A stretch of 64,000 bases of DNA from Desulfomicrobiaceae bacterium (GCA_041685265.1 JAWLGC010000005.1:178-64177); one strand, 5' to 3'; numbered from the stretch's first letter, positions 1-9,072 are shown. The notes: generated by a model not told the origin, from the letters alone. Translations and numbers: made by a program.

Positions 1-108
1 GGAATGACAGGGCCGGTACCGAAGTTCAGTATTGCCGTCTCGCGTCGCAGCCTACAACTCCGAGATTCCCTTCTTCTCGCTTTCCCGCGTTCCCCCTCCC
101 CTTCCGGG

Positions 109-408
109 CTACCCGTCCAGAAAGTCGACCACCACCTTGACCAGCTTTTCCATGCTCTCCCTGGAGTCTTCCTCGGACGTTCCGGCCCGGGCTGTTTCGT
201 GGCATTCCAGGAGATAGCGCTTCAAAATCTGCCCGCTGGCCGAACGCAGGGCGGACCGGACGGCCCGGACCTGAACAAGGACATCCTTACACTCTTTGCC
301 ATCCTCGATCATGCGCTGGATCCCGCGCACCTGACCTTCCACCCGCTTCATGCGGGACAGTACGTTCTGCTTGAGACGTTCCTGCTCCTGCTCCCTGTCA
401 CTCATCAT
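109..408 (-). CDS. CsoR/RcnR/FrmR-family (DUF156) transcriptional repressor
   Basis: ORF 109..498(-). The core 'LSRMKRVEGQVRGIQRMIEDGKECKDVLVQVRAVRSALRSASGQILKRYLLECH' is typical of this family. Start trimmed to the tandem Met (MMSDRE) at 408. The upstream 30 codons are Gly/Pro/His-rich and probably not translated. Confidence 0.8.
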   Translation of the reverse strand: MMSDREQEQERLKQNVLSRMKRVEGQVRGIQRMIEDGKECKDVLVQVRAVRSALRSASGQILKRYLLECHETARAGTSEEDSRESMEKLVKVVVDFLDG

Positions 409-745
409 ATGCAGTCTCCCGAAATGTTGCGCCCCCGGCCCCCCCCCGGGGCGTGCCGGCTGTGTGCGGTGGTTGTTGTTATGAAGCTGCCCGGCCACTT
501 ACCCGCAGTTCCGGCCGGCGTCGAGGACCAGTGCCCGTAAAACAGCAGAAACTCGCTCCGGGTTCACCGCAATCGACACCGCATCTTCACGCCTGTCCGC
601 CTTCTGCCCGAAACGAAAGCCTGTTTCGAGGCGGCCGCCATTACTCCTGCGTAATGCACTTTCGTACACCAGGTGTAAGAGAACATAAAATATGTTCCCC
701 TCATTTGATTATACCCCAGCAGAACGGCAACGCACAGAGGTGACC

Positions 746-1159
746 ATGACCCACCGCGCTCCGATCTCGGCACCGGTCCTTACCCGCGCGCAAAAACAAC
801 CGGTCAGGGCCGAACGACGCCGCTTTCCACGGCACCTGGTCCTTGTCGACCTCGAGTATGCCTACCCCGCAAACACCGCCTTCATCCCGGGACTTGTCTA
901 CAACTGCAGCAGGGGCGGGGTCCTGATGGGCTCGGACTTTCCATTTACTCCCGGAGAGCGGGTTCGAATCAGACTCTCGAGACCACGAACACTTCTTTCC
1001 CGGAAAGCAGACATCCTTGTGACCGGACAAATCTGCTGGACCGTTCTCAGAACCCCGGCCGGATGTCTTCCCGTTCACGAGGCCGGAGTCCTTTTCAGCC
1101 GGTACATAGACCTGAAACGGGCACCCGGCCTGCGTACCCTGCTCCCTTGCACGAAATGA
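746..1159 (+). CDS. PilZ-domain protein (c-di-GMP receptor family)
   Basis: ORF 692..1159. 'RRRFPR' followed by 'NCSRGG' matches the RxxxR plus (D/N)xSxxG PilZ signature. Start placed at MTHRAP (746); the exact start is uncertain. Confidence 0.7.
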   Translation: MTHRAPISAPVLTRAQKQPVRAERRRFPRHLVLVDLEYAYPANTAFIPGLVYNCSRGGVLMGSDFPFTPGERVRIRLSRPRTLLSRKADILVTGQICWTVLRTPAGCLPVHEAGVLFSRYIDLKRAPGLRTLLPCTK

Positions 1160-1767
1160 CGAACAGCATCATCACGGAGTCAACCATGCGCCTCATCAGC
1201 ATCCTCGCCCTCGCCATATTCATAGCCACAGGGGTTTACCGCATCGGAGTCATCCATGGAATGCAAGAAATTCAAATTATGGCCAGGGACCGGGCTGCCC
1301 GTCTGAATACGGCCATCTCCCATAGCCGACGCACTCTTGAACTGCTGCAGCGGGTCAGCGGTCTTCAAGCCAGTCTCGCGGAACTTGCCGCCCGAACCGA
1401 AGAGCTGCAGGCCCGTATTGACAAGCGATATGTTGAACAGGTCACCGTGACCGCATACACTCCACGCAGGCAGGAGTGTGACAGCGACCCCCTGATCACC
1501 GCCAGCATGCGCAAGGTCCAGGCCGGGACCGTGGCTGTAAGCAGAGACCTCTTTGAAAGAGGCTGGGTATTCGGCAGAAAAATTTATATCAAAGGACTTG
1601 GGATATACGAAATCCGGGATTTGATGAATAAACGATTTACCAAGAGAATCGACGTATTCTTCTGGGACTATCATGATGCGCAAAAGTTTGGCAAAAAAAA
1701 TACAACAGCTGCTCTTATTTTCGTTTCCGATGACTATAAACCACTTCAGTCAGCATCTTTGAATTAA
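1156..1767 (+). CDS. 3D-domain (MltA-like double-psi beta-barrel) cell-wall protein with N-terminal TM helix and coiled coil
   Basis: ORF 1063..1767. The C-terminal 'VTAYTPRRQECDSDPLITASMRKVQAGTVAVSRDLF...IYIKGLGIYEIRDLMNKRFTKRIDVFF' fits the 3D-domain pattern. The ATG at 1156 overlaps the PilZ stop (ATGA), which suggests translational coupling. Confidence 0.6.
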   Translation: MTNSIITESTMRLISILALAIFIATGVYRIGVIHGMQEIQIMARDRAARLNTAISHSRRTLELLQRVSGLQASLAELAARTEELQARIDKRYVEQVTVTAYTPRRQECDSDPLITASMRKVQAGTVAVSRDLFERGWVFGRKIYIKGLGIYEIRDLMNKRFTKRIDVFFWDYHDAQKFGKKNTTAALIFVSDDYKPLQSASLN

Positions 1768-1852
1768 ATTTAACTATTTTATCATACCTTATAAGAATAA
1801 TTCGTCTAAAAACTTTCCCATTTCACACCTTATTAGTATACATAAATCTTTA

Positions 1853-1892
1853 TTGTCATCCCTTCTTTACATCCTTGTCACGCTACAGTCAC
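1853..1892 (+). promoter_or_regulatory. Tandem Pho boxes (PhoB binding sites) upstream of alkaline phosphatase
   Basis: Four 7-bp direct repeats with 4-bp spacers (11-bp phasing): TTGTCAT ccct TCTTTAC atcc TTGTCAC gcta CAGTCAC. Compare the CTGTCAT-N4-CTGTCAY consensus. Lies about 140 nt upstream of the phoA start in an AT-rich intergenic region. Confidence 0.7.
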
Positions 1893-2029
1893 ATGCTTCG
1901 ACTACCTCTGGGGCGTCATCTAAAGGAAGTTATCCGGTCGCCTCGGGTCCGCACAGACCATCGCATCTCCACCGGATACACCGCATTTGACAAACCTTGA
2001 TCATGACACCCACCACAGGAGAAGACAGG

Positions 2030-3505
2030 ATGAAACACGTTCACGCTACGACCGCAGGAACCCTGCTCAAGGCCATTTTCGGCCTGCTGCTGGCCCTGAT
2101 GATTTCCCTGCCCGCTTACGCAGGCCAGGCCAAGTACGTTTTCATGTTCATCGGCGACGGCATGGGCATCCCCCAGCGTACCGCTGCGGCACAGTATACT
2201 GAAAAAGAGCTGCTCATGGATACCTTCCCGGCCCAGGGGGTGACCTCCACCTTTGCCGCCGACCGGTTCATTACCGGCTCCGCCGCTTCCGCCACCGCGC
2301 TGGCCTCCGGACAGAAGACCAACATCAACATGCTCGGCATGACTCCGGACATGCAGCCCCTGAAGACCATGGCCGAACTGGCCAAAGAAAAGGGAATGAA
2401 GGTCGGAATCGTCTCCAGCGTGTCCATCGACCACGCCACTCCCGCCGCCTTCTACTCCCACGTCAAACACCGAAGCCAGTATTATGATGTGGACGTGGCC
2501 CTGGCCGAAAGCGGGTTCGACTATTTCGGCGGCGGCGGTCTCAAGGACCCCACCAACAAAAAAGGAAACTCCGAAAATTTCAAGGGAGATGCCCGTGAGC
2601 TGATCAAAAAGGCCGGCTACAAATATGTGACCGACAAGCAGGAATTCCTGGGGCTGACCCCCAAGGACGGCAAGATCCTGGCTGTCAACGCCTGGCTTCA
2701 AGACGGTGGAGCCCTGCCCTACGTCATGGACATGACCGAAAAGGACATCACCCTGCCCGAGTTCACCGCCAAGGGCATCGAACTGCTGGACAACCCCAAA
2801 GGATTCTTCATGATGGTCGAGGGCGGCAAGATCGACTGGGCCTGTCACGCCAACGACGCCACAGCGGCTATTGAAAACACCCTGGCCTTTGACAAGGCCA
2901 TTGCCGAGGCCGTCGAGTTTTACAAAAAGCACCCGGAGGAGACCCTGATCGTGGTCACCGGCGACCACGAGTGCGGCGGTCTGACCCTCGGCTTCGCCGG
3001 AACCAAGTACGCTACAAACTTCGAAATTCTGGGCAAGCAGAAGATCTCCTTTCAGAAATTCACTGACGAAATCATCAAAGACCTCAAGAATTCCGGGAAA
3101 ACTGATCTCGCTTCTGCCAAAAAAATCATCACCGAACAGTTCGGCCTGAAGTTCGAAGGCGACGCCAAGGCCGATCCCATGGTCCTCAAGGCGCATGAAA
3201 TCGTCCAGATCGAGCAGGCTCTGGCCAAATCCATGAAGGGCGAGGAGGAAGGCTCCAAGAACCCCGAAACCTATATCCTGTATGGCGGATACGACCCCCT
3301 GGCCGTCTCCCTGACTCATATTCTTAACCAGAAGGCCGGTCTGGGCTGGACCTCCTACAAGCACACCGGGGTTCCCGTAACCACCGCGGCGATCGGGGTA
3401 AACGCCCTTGAATTCAATGGCTTCTACGACAACACCGATGTAGCAAAAAAAATATTCAAAATCATGGGCTTATCTCAAGAAGCGCCTGTTTTTGCCGCCA
3501 AGTAA
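2030..3505 (+). CDS. phoA: Alkaline phosphatase (PhoA family), secreted
   Basis: ORF 1997..3505. Motifs 'FIGDGMG', active-site 'TGSAASATA', 'DHATPAAF', 'EGGKIDWACHAND', 'VTGDHECGG'. Signal peptide present. Start at MKHV (2030), preceded by GGAG. Confidence 0.93.
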   Translation: MKHVHATTAGTLLKAIFGLLLALMISLPAYAGQAKYVFMFIGDGMGIPQRTAAAQYTEKELLMDTFPAQGVTSTFAADRFITGSAASATALASGQKTNINMLGMTPDMQPLKTMAELAKEKGMKVGIVSSVSIDHATPAAFYSHVKHRSQYYDVDVALAESGFDYFGGGGLKDPTNKKGNSENFKGDARELIKKAGYKYVTDKQEFLGLTPKDGKILAVNAWLQDGGALPYVMDMTEKDITLPEFTAKGIELLDNPKGFFMMVEGGKIDWACHANDATAAIENTLAFDKAIAEAVEFYKKHPEETLIVVTGDHECGGLTLGFAGTKYATNFEILGKQKISFQKFTDEIIKDLKNSGKTDLASAKKIITEQFGLKFEGDAKADPMVLKAHEIVQIEQALAKSMKGEEEGSKNPETYILYGGYDPLAVSLTHILNQKAGLGWTSYKHTGVPVTTAAIGVNALEFNGFYDNTDVAKKIFKIMGLSQEAPVFAAK

Positions 3506-3538
3506 AACCGGCCAGAACAGGTCCTGCTGTTAAAAAAA

Positions 3539-3567
3539 GGCGAAGCCGATACGGCTTCGCCTTTTTT
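3539..3567 (+). terminator. Rho-independent terminator after phoA (A-tract upstream, so potentially bidirectional)
   Basis: GGCGAAGCCG atac GGCTTCGCC followed by TTTTTT, and preceded by AAAAAAA. Confidence 0.85.
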
Positions 3568-3606
3568 CTACACCTTTCGTAATTATTCACCTCGGATAAA
3601 AAATAA

Positions 3607-3725
3607 GGGATTTAGGGAGTAGAAGGATAAATGGGATTACGGTCAAAGGCCGGATAGTCCTGTAACCCTGCGACACAGGAGCATACTCCTCTTAATCCCG
3701 GAACGGGTACCTGAATAGTTACCAC
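3607..3725 (+). other. Conserved noncoding element, copy A (candidate cis-regulatory RNA or operator region), 26 nt upstream of the YibE/F start
   Basis: 3658..3699 (TCCTGTAACCCTGCGACACAGGAGCATACTCCTCTTAATCCC) matches 29284..29325 at 37 of 42 positions, including a 17-nt identical core. The GGGAG motif lies exactly 43 nt upstream of the core in both copies. Flanks show weaker similarity. Confidence 0.55.
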
Positions 3726-3750
3726 CTTTCAAAATGGAGCGAGATTTTCC

Positions 3751-4908
3751 ATGCCTCGATTCGCACTCAAAAACATCCACTCCGACGGAATTCTGGCCAT
3801 GGTCTTCATCGTTTTGAGCTTCGTTCTTGTGCAACTTCCTTCAGGTTTCGACGATCGCATCGACCAGGATGCAATCCGCTGCAAGGGCACTATTATGGAA
3901 GTTGACGACTCCCAGATTCAACAGCTCGGGATGATTTTTACCGGCGACCAGGGGGTGGTGGTAAAAATCGAGGACGGTCCTTTCGAAGGTCGAATTCTCG
4001 AGGCGTCCAACCCGCTTCTGGGACAGATGGACAGGGATAAAATTTTCAAGCCAGGCGACATAGCCCTCATTGTCCTGACCGTAACCGACGACGAAATCGT
4101 ATACGTCAACCCCCAGGAACACTACCGCATCGACCTGGAGTTGCTTCTGCTCGGTCTATTCGTTCTGGCACTGACCTTGTTCGGCGGATGGACCGGCGTC
4201 AAAGCATTGGTCTCCTTCGGATTTTCCGCCGTGTGCATGTGGAAGGTGCTAATCCCTCTCATCCTCCTGGGATGGGCTGCCATTCCCGTGGCCCTGGGCG
4301 TCGTCACCCTGCTTACCGCAACCGTCATCTTTCTCGTGGCCGGTCTGAGTCGGAAAGGCTTCACCGCCTTTGCAGGCGCCATGCTGGGAGTACTCACCAG
4401 TTGCGTCCTGTCCGTAATCTTTACCAGAGCCTTTCATGTCCACGGGGCGATCATGCCCTTTGCCGAAACTCTGCTCTACTCCGGATTCGGGCACCTGAAC
4501 CTGACCGACATCTACTGCGCAGCCGTGTTTCTGGCAGCCTCGGGCGCAGTTATGGATCTGGCCATGGACGTGGCCGCGAGCATGGATGAAGTGGTCAGCA
4601 AAAAACCGGGAATCACCCGGCTCGAAGCGCTGCGATCCGGGCTGAGCGTGGGCAGAGTGGTCGTCGGCACAATGACAACCACCCTGCTCTTTGCCTATTC
4701 CGGTGGGTACATCACCCTGCTCATGGCCTTCATGGCCCAGGGGATCCCGCTGGTGAACGTTGCCAACCTGATCTACGTGGCTGCGGAAGTACTCAAAACC
4801 CTGGTCGGCAGCTTCGGTCTGGTCATGGTCGCCCCGTTCACCGCCCTGGTCGGGGCGATCATCCTGGTCCCCTCCGGAGACCGGAGGCAGGTCGCCCGGG
4901 AAGAATAA
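3751..4908 (+). CDS. YibE/F-family integral membrane protein
   Basis: 385-aa ORF with an N-terminal soluble beta-rich part followed by multiple TM helices. Overall sequence pattern is typical of YibE/F (PF07907-like). Function unknown. Confidence 0.7.
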   Translation: MPRFALKNIHSDGILAMVFIVLSFVLVQLPSGFDDRIDQDAIRCKGTIMEVDDSQIQQLGMIFTGDQGVVVKIEDGPFEGRILEASNPLLGQMDRDKIFKPGDIALIVLTVTDDEIVYVNPQEHYRIDLELLLLGLFVLALTLFGGWTGVKALVSFGFSAVCMWKVLIPLILLGWAAIPVALGVVTLLTATVIFLVAGLSRKGFTAFAGAMLGVLTSCVLSVIFTRAFHVHGAIMPFAETLLYSGFGHLNLTDIYCAAVFLAASGAVMDLAMDVAASMDEVVSKKPGITRLEALRSGLSVGRVVVGTMTTTLLFAYSGGYITLLMAFMAQGIPLVNVANLIYVAAEVLKTLVGSFGLVMVAPFTALVGAIILVPSGDRRQVAREE

Positions 4909-4939
4909 TCACCCGTCAACACATCAGACAGGCTCCGGT

Positions 4940-5479
4940 TCAACGACGGCGCTTCCACCACCAGCCGCAGACGAGCAGAAGGGCGAGCCCCAGCCCGAAC
5001 CCCTGAACCCCCTGCTCCAGAGATTCCACACCAAGGGCGGCCCCGGCAACCACGCCGAGCCCGGTCACCAGAATCGCCCACACCAGGGCGGTAAGCAGGC
5101 TCATTACCAGAAAAAACAGAGGCCCGACCTCAGTCATTCCCAGGGCAAAAAGAACCGCCCCCCGGGTCCCGTACAGAAACCGGTACCCAAGGAGGACCTT
5201 GGTCTTGTTGCGGTGCAGCCAGGACTTCGCCTGCCCCACCCGTCGTCTCAGTCCGGGCAGACGAAAGAGCAATCTGTCTCCCCATACCCGCCCCATCCAG
5301 AAAAAGGCCTGATCCCCGAGTACTGCGCCGACAAAGGCAAACCCGATCACGCCCCAGAAGGAAAGCATTCCCTGCCCCACTGCCAGGCCCGCCACCAGCA
5401 GGACCCCTTCTCCTTCCAGGGCCGTTCCCAGGGCCACGGCCAGATACCCGTAGGTCTCAATCATCATCACGATATCCAT
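4940..5479 (-). CDS. DedA-family (SNARE-associated/VTT domain) membrane protein
   Basis: 179-aa ORF. 'YGYLAVALGTALEGEGVLLVAG...FFWMGRVWGDRL...LLGYRFLYGTRGAVLFALG' fits the DedA pattern. Confidence 0.8.
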   Translation of the reverse strand: MDIVMMIETYGYLAVALGTALEGEGVLLVAGLAVGQGMLSFWGVIGFAFVGAVLGDQAFFWMGRVWGDRLLFRLPGLRRRVGQAKSWLHRNKTKVLLGYRFLYGTRGAVLFALGMTEVGPLFFLVMSLLTALVWAILVTGLGVVAGAALGVESLEQGVQGFGLGLALLLVCGWWWKRRR

Positions 5480-5654
5480 TATCCTCTCCTTGATGCCGAA
5501 TCCCTATCCGTTCCAGGTGACGGGGGTATGACTTTTTTCCATAGGGAAACCATCAAAACTTCACACCGGCTTCATCATCGCGTCACACGAATGTGGTGTT
5601 CTCGCGGACCATATCAACTCCTCCGGGAACGGACGAACCGCCAAGGAGAGCATC

Positions 5655-8126
5655 TTGAAACAACCCGTCGACCTGAACGACTATGCCGAACTCGGGCCGC
5701 CGGCGGCCAAACTGATCAGCCTGCTCGGCCTCGGCTCCCATGGACCTGATTCCCTGGTCGAAGCACTGCCCTTTACCCATGGAGACACCACCGTGGGAAC
5801 GGAAAACGAACTCCAGGTCGCTGTTCTTGGGAGCAGGGAGGACGTGGACCTGCCGGGGACCATTCGTGACTCGGACTATTTCAAGAACGTGCTCAAAAGA
5901 ACGGCCACCGGAGATGCTCCGGCCAACATGCTGGCCGGCCTTGAGAGTTTTCTCGACCACAACCCGGAACAGGTCTGGGAGAACAGCTGGGTCCGGTTCC
6001 CCAGGCGGACCCTGACCCGTTCGGCGGACGCCCTTCTCGAACAGGACCTGCAGGCCGACAAGAGCGAACCCGAAAGTCCGAGGCGCAGCGATTACAAAAC
6101 CTTTCTCATTTCCTCGAACGGGGAAAATTACGTACGCATCCCCATAAGTTATCTTCTCAAGCTGGCTCTAGCGGACATGATAGGAGCCGAAACGGTTCCG
6201 GATGCCGTCAAGGCGCTCGGAGAACGGTTTCTGGCCCACTTCCTGAGCGACAACACCTCCCCGGAGACCTTTTCCTTCTACCCGGCGCCCGGCGGCCGAG
6301 TCGGCATTGGAAACGCCGCAGCCAGAGAAACTGCCCAACGGTTTCTCCTGTGTCAGATCCTGGTTTCCTGGGCCAACACCAAATTCGAACTCAACGCCCA
6401 CGGCCAGCATGCCATAGTCTACTTCGCGCCCAATGCTCCTGTCCGGCAAAAAGAACTGAACACCCTGATTCCGGACTCCTTCTACCGCAGGCTTTTCATG
6501 TCGCCCTGTCTTTCGGGGTGGGACCGGGGCGAAGAAAAGCATGCCTATATGGGACTGTGCCACCGGGTCCTGTCCCGAAGCCAGCTGAATACCATCGCCA
6601 AGCTCAAGGAGGCGGGCATCATCACCAGCAACCTGGTCACCCTGCCCAACACCTCCAACACCTGCCTGGCAAACAACGGAACCCACATCAGCCTGGGGAG
6701 CAGCAGACTGACCCGACTGCACAAGAACCGTGGGTCCGGGTTTGGGCCGGCCGAAGAAAAACACCTCGGAGACCTGAGCATCAAAATCATCGAGCATTTC
6801 CTGCCCCTGTTTGCCGGCACGTATTCCGCGGCCCCGTACCGAATGGACTTTCAGGATTTTCATCCGGAAAAGGCACTGGGATTTCTCCCCCACGAACTGG
6901 ATTTCACCCACCTGCGCATGATCTGGAGACGGTGGAAAAAAAAGGCGTCCCTGAACCTGTTCGGCCATCGCCTGACCCCTTTTGGTCCCGAAATTCTGGA
7001 CAAGACCCTGAGCAGGGTATTGGGACTCAAGGGAGATTTCATACCCGATTTCAGGCTCATCGACTACCTGACCACCCTCATGAGCACCTATCAGAGTCCG
7101 GCTCTGGACGGCACCCTGCACAACGACGATCGCCTCAAGCAGGACCTGACAGATATGGGCGTATTTCACTCCTCCATGTCCACCTATCTGCTCTACAAAT
7201 TGCGCAGATTCGAAACCATGGGGTTTTCCGGGTTCGAGGGGCGGTACTACAGTCAGTTTCCATCCCTTGTCAGGGACATGGTCCCGGCCGTTGAGCTGCA
7301 GAACCTGCTTTCCGCTCTCGCCTACAAATACCTGCTCACCGGACAGATCACCCACAGGGACATCCCCGACGACCCCACCATTGAAAGTGAGCGGCGCCAG
7401 ATCTTTTTCGGCTCCGCCCTGGGTATTCCCACTTTCTATGTCTGGAAACGAACGAAAAACAAATTTCTGCGCCGGATTCTCAAGAAAACGGATCGGATCC
7501 GGAGCAGTCGTCGATACAAGGGGTATTTCCGGATCTACAACCGGGAATACCGCACCGCTCTGATTCGGCTCATCCGGGAAGACGGCGCGGATCTGGTGGA
7601 AAATCTGGGCATGGGCACAACTCTCCAGGACCTGAAACACCGCCTCGCACATCCGGAGGCTCAGGCCTCGGGCAGATTGACTGCAGCCATTATGGACCGG
7701 ACCGGGGCCGGGCACCCCCTGAAGCTCAACGGGGAACAATTCAACGCTGCCGCGGAACATTACTATCGAAACGACCTGCGCAAAACATACCTTAAAGAGG
7801 CCATGCAGTTCTTCCTTGAGGATTGCAAAACCGTGGAGGCTTTCGGATGTCTGCCGGAAAAGTTTTGCCATACCGGGCTGCACCGGTTGCTCGAAGGAGC
7901 AAACATCGTCGAGTATATCAGCCGCATCAGAGGCGACATGGTCGAAGACCGTCTCCCGCTGGCCGAGCTTGAAAAGACCGGGCACCTGCTGCTTCTGGTC
8001 ATCGGCATGCACCTGAACAATTCCATCAAACCAAGCCACAAGGAACACGCCAATGCGTCAACCACTCCGGCACCAGTACATCTCCCGGACCAGTTCCTCT
8101 CCCCGGACCGAGCCTCTGTTCTGTGA
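5655..8126 (+). CDS. Large conserved-looking hypothetical protein (823 aa), no family recognised
   Basis: Long uninterrupted ORF with normal amino-acid composition. TTG start 6 nt after AAGGAGAG. No TM segments and no motif I can assign. 'NNGTHISLGS' is only weakly reminiscent of the GS/carboxylate-amine-ligase 'GxHxHxS' motif. Confidence 0.75.
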   Translation: MKQPVDLNDYAELGPPAAKLISLLGLGSHGPDSLVEALPFTHGDTTVGTENELQVAVLGSREDVDLPGTIRDSDYFKNVLKRTATGDAPANMLAGLESFLDHNPEQVWENSWVRFPRRTLTRSADALLEQDLQADKSEPESPRRSDYKTFLISSNGENYVRIPISYLLKLALADMIGAETVPDAVKALGERFLAHFLSDNTSPETFSFYPAPGGRVGIGNAAARETAQRFLLCQILVSWANTKFELNAHGQHAIVYFAPNAPVRQKELNTLIPDSFYRRLFMSPCLSGWDRGEEKHAYMGLCHRVLSRSQLNTIAKLKEAGIITSNLVTLPNTSNTCLANNGTHISLGSSRLTRLHKNRGSGFGPAEEKHLGDLSIKIIEHFLPLFAGTYSAAPYRMDFQDFHPEKALGFLPHELDFTHLRMIWRRWKKKASLNLFGHRLTPFGPEILDKTLSRVLGLKGDFIPDFRLIDYLTTLMSTYQSPALDGTLHNDDRLKQDLTDMGVFHSSMSTYLLYKLRRFETMGFSGFEGRYYSQFPSLVRDMVPAVELQNLLSALAYKYLLTGQITHRDIPDDPTIESERRQIFFGSALGIPTFYVWKRTKNKFLRRILKKTDRIRSSRRYKGYFRIYNREYRTALIRLIREDGADLVENLGMGTTLQDLKHRLAHPEAQASGRLTAAIMDRTGAGHPLKLNGEQFNAAAEHYYRNDLRKTYLKEAMQFFLEDCKTVEAFGCLPEKFCHTGLHRLLEGANIVEYISRIRGDMVEDRLPLAELEKTGHLLLLVIGMHLNNSIKPSHKEHANASTTPAPVHLPDQFLSPDRASVL

Positions 8127-9072
8127 CCGAATCATCTCCTATCTCTATTCCAGGGTGCGGGAAAACTGCCCGGCCATGTTCAGGGCCGTGACCTCGGCAC
8201 GGACCTCCTCGCTGCTCGGATTTCTGAACTACGATCTTCCCCTGGGAGGAAGGCTGACCGGAGGGGAGCGCCTGATGCGCACCATGGGCATCGATCTGGA
8301 AGAATGCGTGCTCCCGGCCCGGTCCTACACCACCCCCAGGGCCGTCTTCGAACGCCAGATCCGGTACTGGGAAAAACGTCCCATGCCCGAATCCGTAAAA
8401 AGCGTGGTCTCCCCGGCCGATTCCCGCATGCTGGTCGGCTCTCTGGCCCGGGAATCCCACCTGTTTCTCAAGGACAAATTCTTTTCCTATGAGGAACTGC
8501 TCGGGACCCGGCACCGGAAATGGATCGAGCGGTTCTCCTGTGGTGATTTCGCTGTTTTTCGGCTCACACCCGAAAAATACCACCACAACCATGTTCCGGT
8601 CACCGGAAAGGTGGTGGACATCTACACCATCGACGGGGCCTTCCACTCCTGCAACCCGTCCGCGGTCATCGCCGAATGCACCCCGTTTTCCAAAAACAGA
8701 CGGGTTGTGACCATACTTGATACAGACATCCCCGGCGGTACCGGATGCGGGCTGGTGGCCATGGTCGAAGTGGTGGCCCTGATGATCGGACAGATCGTGC
8801 AGTGCTACAGTGAAACGGGTTACGAAAACCCGCTGGATGTCCGGCCTCAGATGATCCTGCGCAAGGGGCAGCCCAAAAGTCTGTACCGCCCCGGCAGTTC
8901 CCTGGACATTCTCTTTTTCGAACCCGGCCGCATCACCTTTTCCCCGGACCTTGTGTCCAACCAGCACCGGCTCGATGTGGAAAGCCGATTCTCCCGTTTC
9001 TTCGAACAACCCATGGTGGAAACCGACATCCAGGTCCGGGCCGAAATCGCCACGGTCAGCGGACCCGCCTGA
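8053..9072 (+). CDS. Phosphatidylserine decarboxylase-family (pyruvoyl-dependent) decarboxylase
   Basis: 'VVSPADSRMLVG', 'FRLTPEKYHHNHVPVTGKV', 'NRRVVTILD...LVAMVEVVALMIGQIV', and 'PGSSLDILFF' at the position of the LGST self-cleavage site. The ATG at 8053 has AAGGAA 8 nt upstream and overlaps the previous ORF by 74 nt. An alternative start is at 8176. Confidence 0.8.
   Translation: MRQPLRHQYISRTSSSPRTEPLFCDRIISYLYSRVRENCPAMFRAVTSARTSSLLGFLNYDLPLGGRLTGGERLMRTMGIDLEECVLPARSYTTPRAVFERQIRYWEKRPMPESVKSVVSPADSRMLVGSLARESHLFLKDKFFSYEELLGTRHRKWIERFSCGDFAVFRLTPEKYHHNHVPVTGKVVDIYTIDGAFHSCNPSAVIAECTPFSKNRRVVTILDTDIPGGTGCGLVAMVEVVALMIGQIVQCYSETGYENPLDVRPQMILRKGQPKSLYRPGSSLDILFFEPGRITFSPDLVSNQHRLDVESRFSRFFEQPMVETDIQVRAEIATVSGPA

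Noticed and set aside
4-540. 178-aa plus-strand ORF at the window start
   Set aside because: It overlaps the CsoR-family gene on the opposite strand. The translation is Pro/Leu/Gly-rich with no start context.
1916-3364. 482-aa ORF on the minus strand
   Set aside because: It is antisense to the alkaline phosphatase gene, whose catalytic motifs are unambiguous. The translation is Gly/Val/His/Asp-rich low-complexity sequence, typical of shadow ORFs in GC-rich DNA.
3659-3674. CTGTAAC in the conserved core as a Pho-box half-site
   Set aside because: The match to the fourth pstS repeat is only 7-9 nt. There is no second 7-mer at 11-bp phasing in either copy.
3607-3700. Element A as a yybP-ykoY manganese riboswitch
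   Set aside because: GGGAGUAG, CAUA and a closing helix are reminiscent of that riboswitch. However, the conserved GACAUA...AGACC 3' half and the four-helix layout are not recognisable, and copy B precedes aromatic biosynthesis genes. I left it unclassified.
6168-8048. 626-aa ORF on the minus strand inside the 823-aa gene
   Set aside because: Its composition is skewed (G/V/Q/P-rich) and it has no Shine-Dalgarno sequence. The plus-strand frame has normal composition, an SD-TTG start, and operon continuity with the PSD-like gene.
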